Under the pieces are notes generated by a model, which was given only the letters and a program-made list of their open reading frames with translations, had not been told where the DNA came from and did not search any database. A DNA stretch of 62,550 nt from Gonapodya sp. JEL0774 (Eukaryota): NCBI GenBank assembly GCA_027604505.1, contig JADIIX010000135.1:1-62550 (forward strand), read 5' to 3'. A program made the position numbers and the translations under genes. Of this stretch, positions 26,431-39,700 are shown in pieces. Each line of letters opens with the position of its first letter. Position 1 is the first letter of the stretch.

Positions 26431-26822
26431 CAGCCTGATGTTGCGACAGAGAACACGAAGTGAGGGGTTTGCGAATGAGAAAACAGGTTTTGCGTATGAT
26501 AGCTGTTAGAACGAGGGCTGCCCGATAATGAAGATGTATTGCCACCGCCCCATTCGGCATAACTGGATATTACGGACATAATTATATGCGCCCCATTCAC
26601 CTGTATACATTGGGGTGTCGGGTTCATCGGTACATGTCGAATGAGGTCGGGTTGATCTCCAGCATCCAGCAAAAGCATTCTTGAAACGCTCATTACATAT
26701 ATCGAGCCTTTATTTAGAAGGACGTACGATTCAGCGCACCAACATTTACAAGGACGTCCGGTTCATACCTCTATTTACAATTGTTTACCGAGGTAATGGA
26801 GATCCCGTTGCGGTCTGTTGCC

Positions 26823-29800
26823 TCACATCTCCGCACGAAGCTTTACTTTCCCCTGTCGAAAAAGACTTTCAAAATTGTCCAATTCCACAATTGTCGGTTT
26901 GAAGTCAGACCATCCCGTTCCCGCACGCTCTCGGATGTCCAGGAAGACTCGTACCTGGTATACGAGATTACGGAGGGTCACAATATAGTGAAATTGTGTC
27001 TGAAGAACGAAACATACCACTGTGAAGTTCGGTCCTTCTTCAATCGCCTTTAGCAGTTCCCTGTTGGTTGCCATCTCGTACTTCAATGCAATGCAACACT
27101 ACTAGACACACCATACACTCACCGATGGCTAATCTCAAACCAGTTCTTATCTCGACCTCGCGTTGTTTTGACTTCAATGTATCTCAAGCTGTCTGATCCA
27201 CCATCGTTCTTCGTGGTAACCAAGATATCCCACCTTTCACCACTTTCTTCCATCTCATTCAGCCATTTCACTTCAACATTATGGTTACCTGCGTACCTAT
27301 CCTGCAAACTTTTATTGACCAGAAACTCGCCCAACCTACCAACCGAATTGATTGTCACCGGACCCCAAAGTTTTCCTTGGACTTCCCGAAGTTCGTCTAA
27401 GGGGTTCGGGGGTTCGGGGGGAGCGGCAGAAAATTGCTGGACAGCATCATACAGACGCCGACGTTTTGAGCGTACGGCCGGTTCTAAAGGCGATGGAGAG
27501 GCAGTGAGAGAAATCGGAGCCCACGGTGGCATAACTATGTTCTAACCTATCTTTCCAGAACCTCCAACGTTATCAGCATCAACATCAATAAAATCAACCG
27601 GTGTTGGGAGTTCTGCGTCCACAATGCTCAATTCCTGCGAATCGGGATCGGAATCAGGACCAGTTAGATCTACCACATTGGCTGTCATCTCTTCAACGCG
27701 CGATGGGATATTGTTTTCTTCAAGTGGTGCCACAGAAGTGTTTTCTGGAGGTTCGTCGGGAAGTATTGGATTTCGAGGAGCACGAGCCCATCTTGGCTCT
27801 CCCTGGGGTAGTTCATCAAGACACTCCCTGTGGCAAAAGGCTATTGCTCCCATGACACTCATCTCGGACACGATGGCCAGGAAATCTGCCAATTCTATGT
27901 CGGGCTTCTTGGAAGGGTCGACCAACCGCGTTAAATTGAGGAATATCTCCTTGAAATCAGACTGCGAGCTCTCATCGATCATCAATATGACGTCATTAGT
28001 GTCGATGCCCGAGAGAGCGCAAATCATGAGAACAAGATCGGATGTGAATCCATCCAGCCGGTATCGCACACCGCAGAAGGGAGACGTGAACACTTGCACT
28101 GCAAAAAAAGGCGGAACTTCAGAAAGTCATCCAAAGAAGCAAAGTGAATCAAGAGTCATTGCATTGCAACAACTCACTGTTTGCCAATTGCATCGAGAGA
28201 GCAGCTCCTCGAGTGTGATAAACTGTACTTCGGAAATGACAGAGATATCTCTGCATGAAGGGGATAACACGCGCCAATCTGTTATCCCAAGTATCGTTAA
28301 ACTGGGCTCCTTCAGTATTCGGAATGGTACTGATTGCTTGTGTCAGTCGGCGCACTCCTAGCGCATCAAGCAGACTTCGGATGGTGCTCGGTGTCACGGA
28401 GAGTGACTTCGTATGATCGGGAATAGAGAACAGAAAATGAAGAGACGGATCAAACAATTGTTCCGCGACCTGAGGATCATCATTTATGAAAACGGACGCC
28501 CCTGTTAATGAGACCCATTTGCCGTGATGTGAAGGGAACAAAGGCAACTCCAGTAATTGCATCTTGATCTTCAATAATTGGTCGTTCTCCGTTTGGCTGT
28601 TTGTGGGTTTCCAAGGGTCAATCTGTCGCGTGTCTACCTTGGAACGATCCCGATGTAGAAGCAGCTCCCTGGTCAGCACCTCACAAATCCGCTGGGCAGA
28701 TACAACTGCCGCCCGCTCACAATTTCCCACGGACGCTATTCTCCGAAGAGCTTCCACGTACATTTCAGCAGGAGGGGAAGGCTTAACACCGAGTTTGACA
28801 AACACATCTTCAGCTCCGTCGAATTTGTTGTAGTGGCGTTGAAGAGTCTGACTTGTTACGAAATATCCGTCAAATTGTCCCACCAATGCTGGATCCGCCC
28901 AGAAAAGCAAGGACGGAGCTCGCAAAAGCGGCGCTTGGTCGACAACGGGGTATTGTTGAGCACTCGGTGAAAGGTGTGGTGGCATGCGATGGTTGTCTCG
29001 AGGCGGTACGTAGACAATAGGTTTGCTACTCCAAGAACCCAACGATGTAGAATCCATATTCTGCACCAAAAAGCGCAGCAGCTCAAAGTTTCGGCGCATC
29101 AGATCATTGTCAATCACATCATCTCGCAGTTGGCCCACTACCTCCGGAAAAGTATGATCAAGAATGCTGGTAACATCGGCGACAGAAACTGACACCTTCA
29201 CTCCCATTGTGGCAACAAAGTCTGGGTCCGCAAGGTGCGGACAATATGGGACCATATCTCCCACAAAACTACGGGTCACTTCAGTGGGCAGAAACAAGTC
29301 TCGTGATCGTGCGAAACTGTCGTCAGTTGAAGGCATCCACGGTACTTCAAGAAGTTCATGTACCATTGTGGATGGAAAATGATACAGGATCCGATCTGGA
29401 TGGATCTTGTTTCTCACAGTACCCATCTTGCAGTGAGACCAAGTCGAAGACCACTGCTGATCGCACATCAGTGTAAATTTCGTGCCTAGCACCTTCAGAG
29501 CTTCTACTTCGTCAACACTCGGAAGCTTTTCTGAGAAACTTGTCAGTATTCGCTTCAAGTCTCCACACTGGTAGTCCTCAACCGTCCAGGGTCCTTCTTC
29601 AATCTGTGTTCGGTCCAGGCCACTTAAATCTGGAAGGTCTTCTTTAGTTTCTGCAACTCGCGTTATTCCTTTCGCTGTAAGCCATTTGTGACAGCCTATT
29701 TTCTCCAGGAAACGTCGCCAATCATCGTTGGTAGAATCCTCAACAGGAATGAGTTCTCTTGGATCTAACAAGACGATGTCAATCAGATCTGCGTCAGACA

Positions 29801-32800
29801 ATTCGAATATGCCTCCGAGTTGAGTTGGAAGATAGATTCCATTGACACCTCGACAATGACACCATCCATCTGTTGTCGGTAGTAGTAGTACGTCACCCAA
29901 TTGCTCAAACAACTCAGCATTTGACATGCACATATCGCATACTGAAGTGTGATCTTTAATGTAACGAATAAAGCTGAGACTGACAGAGACTGATTCCACT
30001 CCCCTCGTGCGTGAACCAGGTATAATGTAATGCTGGATTATGTCGTGTGGATCACGGCGCTTGATACCGACGTACTCCAGCAACCAATCGATGGATGTAC
30101 GATGAACACCACTTGGTGGAAACACAATCCAGTTCACAACCCGTAGTTCTTCCAAGAACTCGTATCGCCGAGACCGTGATGCACCCGTTGGTTCCTCAGG
30201 AAAAAATATGTTTTCTTCTGGTGCAGCCCTCCTGCCGTCTGCAAGAGTGAAAAGTTTCGTCTTCCTAAGAAGATCTAAATCCAGCTTGGCATTTTTTCCT
30301 TTACACCTCATTTCGACAACCCTAGCAAGAATGGCGTACATTTCCCATTTTTGCTCAATTGTGGGACTACCAATGATTGCCACCAAGTGCTCCAAGTCAA
30401 ATGGCTTAACGCCTAATATGCGAGACGCGGATACACCAAGATTCAAACTGAAGTTGATCCACCGTTTCCCGGTGATTTCCTGCAAAATGTTTGACGGAAT
30501 TAACCTAACCAAATCAAAGTCCAACGAAGAGATTTCAGGTGTTGGCTGCAAGACATCTGCAGGAACTGAACGATCCCCATCGCTGGTCACGATACAACAA
30601 GCAGTTCTCATGGCACTTTGGATGGCGGGTACAATTGGCCGCATGAATCCTTCCGCGAAATCCGGCACGAACGACATAAATTGCTCGATCATTGCTTCTG
30701 TAGTCTCAGCTGCATGAAGAAGTTCTTTCGGTATTCCGATCCATCTTTCAAACGCTTCGACAAATAGATGAGGAATATAGTTTCTAAGCAGGACATTGCG
30801 AGGGTGGTCCGAATCAATATCCTCACGACTACTTGGAACAGCGAAGTCCCCTTGAACAATAAATTGAAATCCATATGTTCGCAGGGGTAGATAGGCAAAA
30901 GCTGGCTGGGGATCTCCGGGAGGAATCAATGAGAACGCAAGTGCTAAATCTGCGTTGGGAGTCCAGTCCAAATCTATGTCCCGCTGCGACCAAGCAGGCA
31001 TGTCAACGGCCTTTTTCACGACAAGCCAGCGATTCGCAACAGACATCAGAGTTGCGTTAGCGCTTGTGACTTCAACGATACCGGACGCTGGATCCGGGGC
31101 TCGGGTGAATGATCTGACCAAGACCTCTGCTGAACCCGGTAGTTGATTTACAAATTCAATGCACTTCAACTTCCGAAGGAAGATAAGAATGCGAGGGTCC
31201 AACACTTTACTCATCAGATCGATCGTTTCTGGGGTAATTTGAGGCAACGGTAGTACAATCTTCGTTCTCCATAGATGATCATCGGGCAGCGGATAACTGT
31301 CTGTCTCAATCCACTGAGGGATGACAAAAGACTGGTCATCAAACCGAACGTGAAACCCGTTTGAGTGTATCTCCGGCGTAGATGTTAGTCGATATACAGA
31401 CTTAAATCCCACACCCTTTCGACCAATGAAACTGTGGACGAGGAAAATCAGGCAAGTCAAACGTGCCACTTCTAGCGTGGATACCATACACACCTGCCTG
31501 TGTCTCCCTCCTTTGTACTGAATGATTCAGGTTGGGTAAATCGAGATCACACCAATTTATAGACGTTGTCGCTCACCTCTTACCAACATCACAAAGAGAT
31601 CGCATGTCCGTGGCAGTAAACCCATCCTCGTTGTTTCGTATAACAATCGCACGGTCAGTCAAAACAAATTGCATCTTCGGTAAATCGGTGGATGAGAGTC
31701 CATTGTACTATTTAATGGACAATGGTCTGAGGTCGAACAACTGAAAGCAGCAACTATGCCACATTACTATAAAACGTACCCTGTTGTCGTCGGCATTTTG
31801 AATCAACTCTAGTGCGAAGTGAGCGTCCGACGAATCTTTCCGGGAATCGGTATTACCTCACACGACAGACTTCGGGGATAGAGATAGTATGCACTCACAA
31901 AGTTCCGTCCCCAAACGCTTCAGAGCTCTTTCAACACGTTCTCGTTGATTTCTCAGTACTCGCTGAACCTCTGGACTTGTGTCTTCCACGCCAATCCCAA
32001 ATTGACTCCGCCGAATGTCATCGACAACTGATCGGGGATCGTCAACGGAGCCAGGAATCGCGGTATGAGTACCGGGCAAAGATCCCTCAGCATTCGTCGC
32101 GACAGATCCGGGAATCGTAGCAATCTCTTCCGTCACGGACAAAGCCCCCGAGATCCGATGCTCTACGGCTCGGTGTTCCTGTCCTAACTGTAAGGACCAC
32201 GGGGATAAGTTTTGCCTAGCGTCATCTGCTATGGTCGCTCCCCCTCTTCTTGGAACGACCTCCGGAAGATCTGTCCATTCCTTCCACTTTCCTCGAGTAA
32301 TCACCTTCGTCACGACAGCTTCGACAAACTCATCTTTAAGCCAACCAGGCATATTGCTACATAGACGCATAAGCACAACCTTCACGGTGTTTTCTGGTAG
32401 CTGCGACATAAAATCTTTAGTGGCCATGATCATCGCCTCCAGATCACCGCGGCCTGGTGATCCGACACCAGGGAAAACCACATATCGATGAACCAACAAT
32501 CCCACTGCTTCACGCGCGCCAAGGTCAGCATTGAAATCCATTAGCGCAGCGTGATATTTATTGACAGAGCCGACGGTTGGCAAAAGGGTTCTAGTCCCTC
32601 CGTTGAATCTCCCTGAATTGCCCGACGGATGTGTTAGCATGTGTCGGAGATCAGTTGAGCAGAACAGTGCAACCTCATATACTCCTCGATCATCCTCGCC
32701 CCCTCCATTTTGGGTACTCAAGGTCTTCCACTGCGCCGCCATCTGAAGAAGTTCAAAGAATCCGACTTCCATTCCAAGGCCCAGCTCACCCAGAGAGATC

Positions 32801-35800
32801 GAACTATATTGAGAAGAAACTGCTGCACCCAGAACTTCTTCAGCTTCTTTTTTCTTCTCAGCAATAACACTTCCATCCTTGTCCAAGAAAAGACCTTGTC
32901 TCGCGCATTGCCATATAAAGCGCATAAGATCAAGGTCGGGTCGTGTAACGTGAACAACAACCGGATCAAGTGACTGTGGTACGATCAGATTTTCAGATGC
33001 CAAGTGGCGAACAAAAGAGAGGGCCCCCAAACGATGCGCAAGATCAAAAACATCTTTCAGGTTCAAAACTTTCAACAACTTGCGAGGATCATTGTCGATA
33101 GGAGGAACAACGTCTGCTGGCCCATTTGCAGGAGGCGTCTCCGGTCTCTCAATGGCGATGTTGTCCAGCTTCATTTCGGCATCAGTAACATATAAACCAT
33201 TCTCAATACTCTCTCCTGGTCTCGAACCTTGGCGAAAAGCATCGGGAGGAATAACCGCATCAGGCGGTAATGGATAGTGCCTAAATATGAACGATTCGAA
33301 ACTGGTAATCAGAAAATGTCATCAGTCACAGTGACATAAGGTTTGGTCTGCCCGAACACGCAAACCAACCTGCCACTCTCCTCAATCCCCAAATCATCAA
33401 ATCTTTCCACCCCGAGGTCCACGCAGATGTGCCGCTCCACGTCCGCAAGCCAAGCCATGTTTTTTGGGCTGGTGTCCTGGTGTCCCAATTTGCTCTTCGG
33501 TAAAACATCCATAGGACCATTTACGAGATTGTTGATCGCTCGGCGGAGAGCAGCTTTTACACGCGTCAGCGAAGGAAGTGCAGTGCGAGGGATATCATGG
33601 GCAGTTGGTGACACACGGGATAGGAGGAGTTTGGAAGATTGGATGGTTGTGGACGACGTCCGAGTACGGTGTCTTCCATCATCTGTATTTGGGGGAAGTA
33701 AGGCCACCTGCGAACGCAAAGCCTGCCGGGCTGTCGGCTCGGCATCTCGAGCAAGATCGGCGACCAAGTCGAGTCCCATCATGACTGCAACAGCGAGGAC
33801 TGTTCCAGCGAGGTTTGCTGAAAAGGCTTCTGGTTGTTCCCACACCCCCGCCACCGCATTCATTACGTAGTCATTGCCGGAATCATCTGCGTCCGCCTTG
33901 TTGACAATACTCGCGATGTCATCGAGACGCTCTTGGTGGGAATCGGAGATCCGTAGTCTCGTCTCTGCAGATTCTATTGCTGATCTATTTACCCTCCGAA
34001 TTCGAGCGTACGCTATGCATAGCATAAGTACCGGGCGGTTGGAAGGATGCATTGAGGGTTGTGCGCGGTGCTTTGCCATGGACGCAAGCGCGCGATTGAT
34101 TGCAGAGTTGGAGAGGACATTATAACTAATGCAAAGTGGATGCTGAGAACAAAAAGAAGTAGTGACCGCCAACCCCCAAACAATACTAATACCAACCATT
34201 CAATCAGCCAGTTCCCTCCCCCATTCACATACTCTTCAAGTTCTGCTCTTGCGCGTTCCAAGACCTTCTCAACCAACTTTTGCCTTGTAACGGTCACTGA
34301 ATGCCTCCATCTTTCCGCTTCCTGCTTCGCAAGCCTACTCTTATTGATAGCGTTTGAGAGGGAGTTATTCCTAGGTGGGCTTGGCAGGATATAGATCTCA
34401 TCGTCATCGCCCGTCAAATCCACAACTTCAACTTCCTTGTTCATTTCGAGTTCACTATTCGTTTCAGTCTTAATGTCACTGGTCTCACCTTGTTCCACCA
34501 CATCACTTGTATTTCCCTCCTTCCACACGTCGCAATCACTCTCCTTTGATTCCACCGAGTCATCTACAATCCCCTCTACTAACCCACCCCAACCCAGCGC
34601 CTCTATTCCTTTCTTTGTCCTCTTTTGCACATCTACTTCGGACATTGCCAGCCCCAAATAATCGGGACCTGGCACACGAATGCGCTTTGCCAAAAACTCC
34701 TTGAATGCCAAAACCGACCTCCCATCCATGCCTTCATTCTCATTCAACTTTTCGGGCAAAGTCGCCGCCCACTCACGGAGCCATACGCGCACCTGACGAG
34801 TCGTAATGTTGGGAATAGCGGCGTCCCGGGGGAGTCCGTAGAACTCGCGAAACTCGGGATGTGCGGACAATGGTCCGTTCGGTACGCGGTCTTGAAGATC
34901 TTTGCATTCTTCGGCCTGTGTAATCATGAATGATGCGGTGCAGGTCGAGAAAAAGAATATTGCAGTTTGTGCGTCAGGGGATGGAAATGTTAACTCCAGC
35001 AACTCTCGCCATCGTCTCTTCGCACGCACCTGCAAGAATTCAAAAGCTGTACTAATAGTATCAGTTGTAGTAGGGGTATTTTGGGCGCCAGGCCCCATTT
35101 CCGCTCCACCGTGCGGACTGGGGCCTTCCTTCATCTGCCGGAGCAACTTGCGAATTTCACGATCCACCTCACCCATGTGACGGATGATTCGGCTTTCATA
35201 TATAGGATGATGAACGTTGTCTTCGGTGAGGACTAAGTGGGACATCGAGCGGACGAGTTTGTAGAGGGTACAAATGAGCTCCAGATGCACACTAAACTTC
35301 AAGACGGTTCACCCATTCGCAGGCTGTCCAATTGGACTTGCAACCAAGCACCGCAAAGTCGTGTATATTCAATGGGACCAAAGTCTTTGCAGCTGCTGTG
35401 TGCATGTGCCGAGATGGTAAACTCACAAGAGACGACCTCTTGCGCGGTCACGTATTGTCCAGCCCTCGCTCCACGAGCGACCATCTCAGCCGCGATAACC
35501 TCCATCTGTGCCACAGCGGGGGACAGGGGTGCTCCGGGAGAAGGCAGACGCGGAATCCGCAACAACTCTTCAGAGAGAACTATGTCGGTGAACGAGTTTT
35601 ATCACAGGCTGCCGGAACACAACACGAGACCAACCTGTTGTGGAAGAAATTGAGGAAGAAGCTTCAGTTTCCCCGTTCCCAGATCCAGCAACCGCCACTG
35701 ACGGCTGTCGAGCCTCTGGTTCATTGGTGCGCGGTCTTTTGCTATCACCGGCATCATTGTCGAATTCGGATCTGGGTCTTTTTCTAGTGCTCAGTGAAGT

Positions 35801-36052
35801 TTCTTCTCTGGTGGTAGAAGCGGATCCAGCGGCAGGGGTTCCAGAACGTTTCGTCGAGGAAGAAGGCTCGGAAGGGGATGACCTGACCTTGGGAAGCGAC
35901 TTGGAAGGCCGCGGAGGTATCGCAGAAGCATACGAGGAATGTGGGTGAGAGAAAAAAAGTGACTCGGAATTATTGAATCTGTCAGGTCGCGAACGTTGAT
36001 TTGGAGGAGGGGGGGGTTCGGCTGTCTTTGGAGCAGAGCTGTTACCAGACAT
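26823..36052 (-). CDS. NO VEIN-like protein copy A: sacsin/GHKL-type ATPase + C-terminal DUF3883 (NOV_C) PD-(D/E)xK nuclease
   Basis: HFALELIQNADDN (~31781-31835), RNNEDGFTATDMRSLCDVG, FIGRKGVGFKSVY…PEIHSNGFHVRFD, FAYLPLRTYGFQFIVQGDF..PSSREDI. C-terminal GRLGEFLV…WLNEMEESGERWDI…YIEVKTT…FEISHRE, ending VKLRAEM*. Confidence 0.92.
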
Positions 36053-36708
36053 GCCCCGCACCAGGCTCAAACGAGATCTTTGAGATGAAGTTTTGGAGAT
36101 TCAGCTGCTGAGAAAAACAGGCCAAAGGATACGGGAGTCGTTCGCTTGTCCGGAAACAATCGCTTGGCTCACTTCGGGCTCGCAATAATAAAATGCCTGC
36201 TTCCTCCAACTGAGTTCGGTCTGTGTTTTATGTACCTTTTCGGTGAACTGCTCACGAGAAAGCTTAGCGGAAAACGAGCTTTCGCCCGATTTTGATAGAG
36301 ATTTGTATCGTATCACAAGTAGCAGAGAAGTTAGATGAACATAAGCTGGAGCATTGAATTTATATTGAATGCGCCCATTGTGTGAGCACTTCGGGATCTA
36401 TTGACCCTGAGTCACATGAGCATGGAAATGTATCATGCGAAGGACAGAATATTTTTGTTGTGTTCCGCTTTCTTCTCGCGCGTCACCGAACCCATATCGG
36501 GCTTCCGCCCGATATTTGCTTTGCTAATGAAAACAAACAAAAACACATTACGGGATGGCAAACGTCCAGTTTATCTTCCTTCGGGGTGGGCATAGAGTAT
36601 GTACGTATCCGGATCAAATTTTAATTACATAATATGTTTGGGCGGTTCAAGAACCCAAACTCTCCAAATCCACGAGTATGTTGCACCAGACAATGGGTAT
36701 GATCTCAG

Positions 36709-39700
36709 CTAAATCTCTGCACGAAGTTTGACCTTTCCGTCACGAAACTTTTGTCCAAAGTTATCCACTGTCAAAAACACTGGTTCAAAGTCTGCGGTGT
36801 CCCCCTCCTGATTCTCAATGTTGAGAAACACACGAACCTTCATTTTAAAACAAAATCACACGTGAGCGGGATCTGCGAACGTTTAAGCTGCATGGCAGGC
36901 TAACTAACCAACGTGAAGCTCGCACCTTTCTCCAACGCCCAAAAAAACTCTCTGGAGAACAACAGAAACTCAAGTAACAAAAAAACCTTTCTCGACCGGA
37001 GCCAACGCAGTTCGCTATCACTCACCGATGACTAATTTCAAACCAGCTCTTATCTGCACCACGGGTGGTTTTCACTTCAATGTACTGGATAGTTTCATGT
37101 CCATCAGCATCCTCGGAAACAATCTCAATGTCCCATCGTTCTCCACTTTCTTCTTCCTCGTTGAGCCACACCACCTGCACGTTACCGTCCCTAGCATACT
37201 GCTTTCTCAACTTCTCCGCAACCAGCTTCTCGCCCAACCGACCCACTGTTGTATTCGTGATTGGGCCTACCAGCTTCCTCTCACGCGAATCTAATTGTCG
37301 TGCTTCAAAACCTGGAGCTGACGAGGGAGTATACCCCAGACTGGACGAGGGGTGCGTGAACCGTGGGCGCTTGTTGAATGGAAGAGTGCTGAAAGTCGTT
37401 GATACTGTAGAACACGTTGGATTGGGTAAATAGCGATCAGATCCGACGGGTGCCCGTAGCGCAAGGGGAGGTGACGCACCAGAAGCCTCAGAGTCCACAT
37501 CAATAGCATCACTCTCTGCCTTTCTCTTGCTCTTGCCAGCAATTGTATTCTGCGGTTCCACAGCTCCGTTCGATTGCTCGACCACCACTACAGACTGTGA
37601 TGCTTCTTTGGCTTTGCGTGGTCGTTGTCCTCCATATACACTCGGTAACATAATAAGGTCTTCCTCTGGCTCCATCAGAGCAGAGCCGGAACCGGAGTGT
37701 TTTGGTATCCGATTCCAAAGCGGGTCCGTTTCAGGAAGTTCGTCGATTCCTTCATTTTGACAAAAGAGACTAACGCCGTTGAGACCCATTGAGCTTATTA
37801 GGGTAAGGAAGCGCGCTAAATCCGGATCAGGGTGATGAGCACTATCGAAGATTCGTGTGAGCTCCAGGAAAACATCGCCCAGCTCGTTTAGGGAAAGTTC
37901 GTCGATGTATAGTGCAGTGTCAGGGGAGTCAAGATTCGTGATGGCGCAGCTTGCGGGAACAAGCGGCGAAGTGTGATCTTTCAACTTGTAGTGGACCCGA
38001 AAGTTGGACGACACCATGACAGGTACTAAGAAAGAAATGCAAACAAAGAGTTGAAACAGAGGTTGATCGCATCAAACGAGACGGCAACGCGCACTGGTAG
38101 CAAGCAATCTTTGAAAACGCTGACCGTCTGCAATGTATGCGTCTTTGCGGAAAGTGTAAAGGTACCGTTGAAGGAAAGGGACGACATGTATCAGGCGGTG
38201 ATCCCACTTGTCACTGAAGACCGTGTCCCCACTGTTTGGAACCGCGACGACCACTTGAGATAGACGCAGGACACCGAGTGCTTCCAAAAGCCGCCGAACA
38301 GTCGTAGGTGTGGCCGACAAATTTCCGTTGGACTCTCTGAAAGAAAACAGGAAGTGGACGCCAGGTTCGTCAAATTGCTCCGCGATATAAGGGTCATCAT
38401 TAATCAAAACCTCGCCCGCAGACAAGCCAACCCATTTGCCTTGATGGGACGGAAACACCGCAAGACTCAAGAGCAAACCCTTGGCAGCTTCGGCGTTAAG
38501 ACCTCCCGGGCCACCGGGAATGTCGGCCGTTTCAGCCGATTTCCAAACCGTTCCAGCCAGCATATGCGAATTGCATTGATTACGCTTGAGGAGGAGTTGA
38601 CCAGTGAGAGTCTCGAATATCCTTCTGGCAGTTGATAAACGCTGCCGGAATGAATCTTCCCCTGCAGCAACCCGTTCGAGGGTTGCCAGGTAAGCTTCCA
38701 CTGAAGGACTTTCCTGAACACCGAGTGCTGATAGCACCTCCTTGGCGTGTCCATGCCGGCGATAGAACGATTCCACGATGTTGTCGCCGAAATTGAAAGC
38801 AGCGTACTCTCCAACTAGTGCAGGATCCACCCAAATTAAATCTTTGGGACGTTTTAAATTCCGACTGGAATCCAGGGGCAATGTGTAGGGTTTCCTTCGT
38901 GGTAAGAATACAATATGCTTGCTGCTCCAAGTTTTGCGCTCTTGCTCATCAGTGACTCTTGCAACAAGGAATTGCAAAAGTTCGATGTTCTTCCTCTGGA
39001 GCTCTGAATCTTCATCCGCACTAGAGACCCTCTGAATGTACTCAGGTAGACTGTGTTCCAAAATATGGCTGACGTCATGAACCTCAAGTGATTCCCGCAG
39101 CCCAATGGTAGAAACAAAGTCAACATCTTCCATTTCGGGGCTGTACTCGACCAAGTCTCCGACCATACTTTGAGTTTGCTTTGTTGGCAAAAAGAGATCA
39201 GCGGGCCTCGCAAACTTTTCGCGAGACGGAATCCACCGATTGTCCCGCATGGAAGTCACAAAAGTTGATGGAAACCATGCTCCTTCGACAATGTCACCTC
39301 TGCTGTTGCGAATCAATCCATGCTTGTAGAAAGAATAGGTCCCGGTCCATCGCTGATCAAAAACGTGCACCATCTTACTTCCTCTGGATAGAACAGCTTT
39401 CATTTGGTCTTTTGGCAGCCCTATAAAATTTGAGAGTCTCTGCAGAGCCACAGTCAAATCGGTGCAAACATAATCCTCAACAGTCCAGGGCCCTTCGCCA
39501 AGAGCAGCCAATCCGTTTGAACGGTTTTCAAGAATCACGGGCATCTCTTCAATCTTTAAGTACACGCGAGAATCCTTGGTTGGTGTGAACCAATCGAAGC
39601 ATCCGAGCCTCCGAAAAAACCTTCTCCAATCATCGACCAGAGTTTCTTGGTCGCCAACGAATTTGTCCGCTTCGAGAATGGTAACATCTATCACGGCTCC

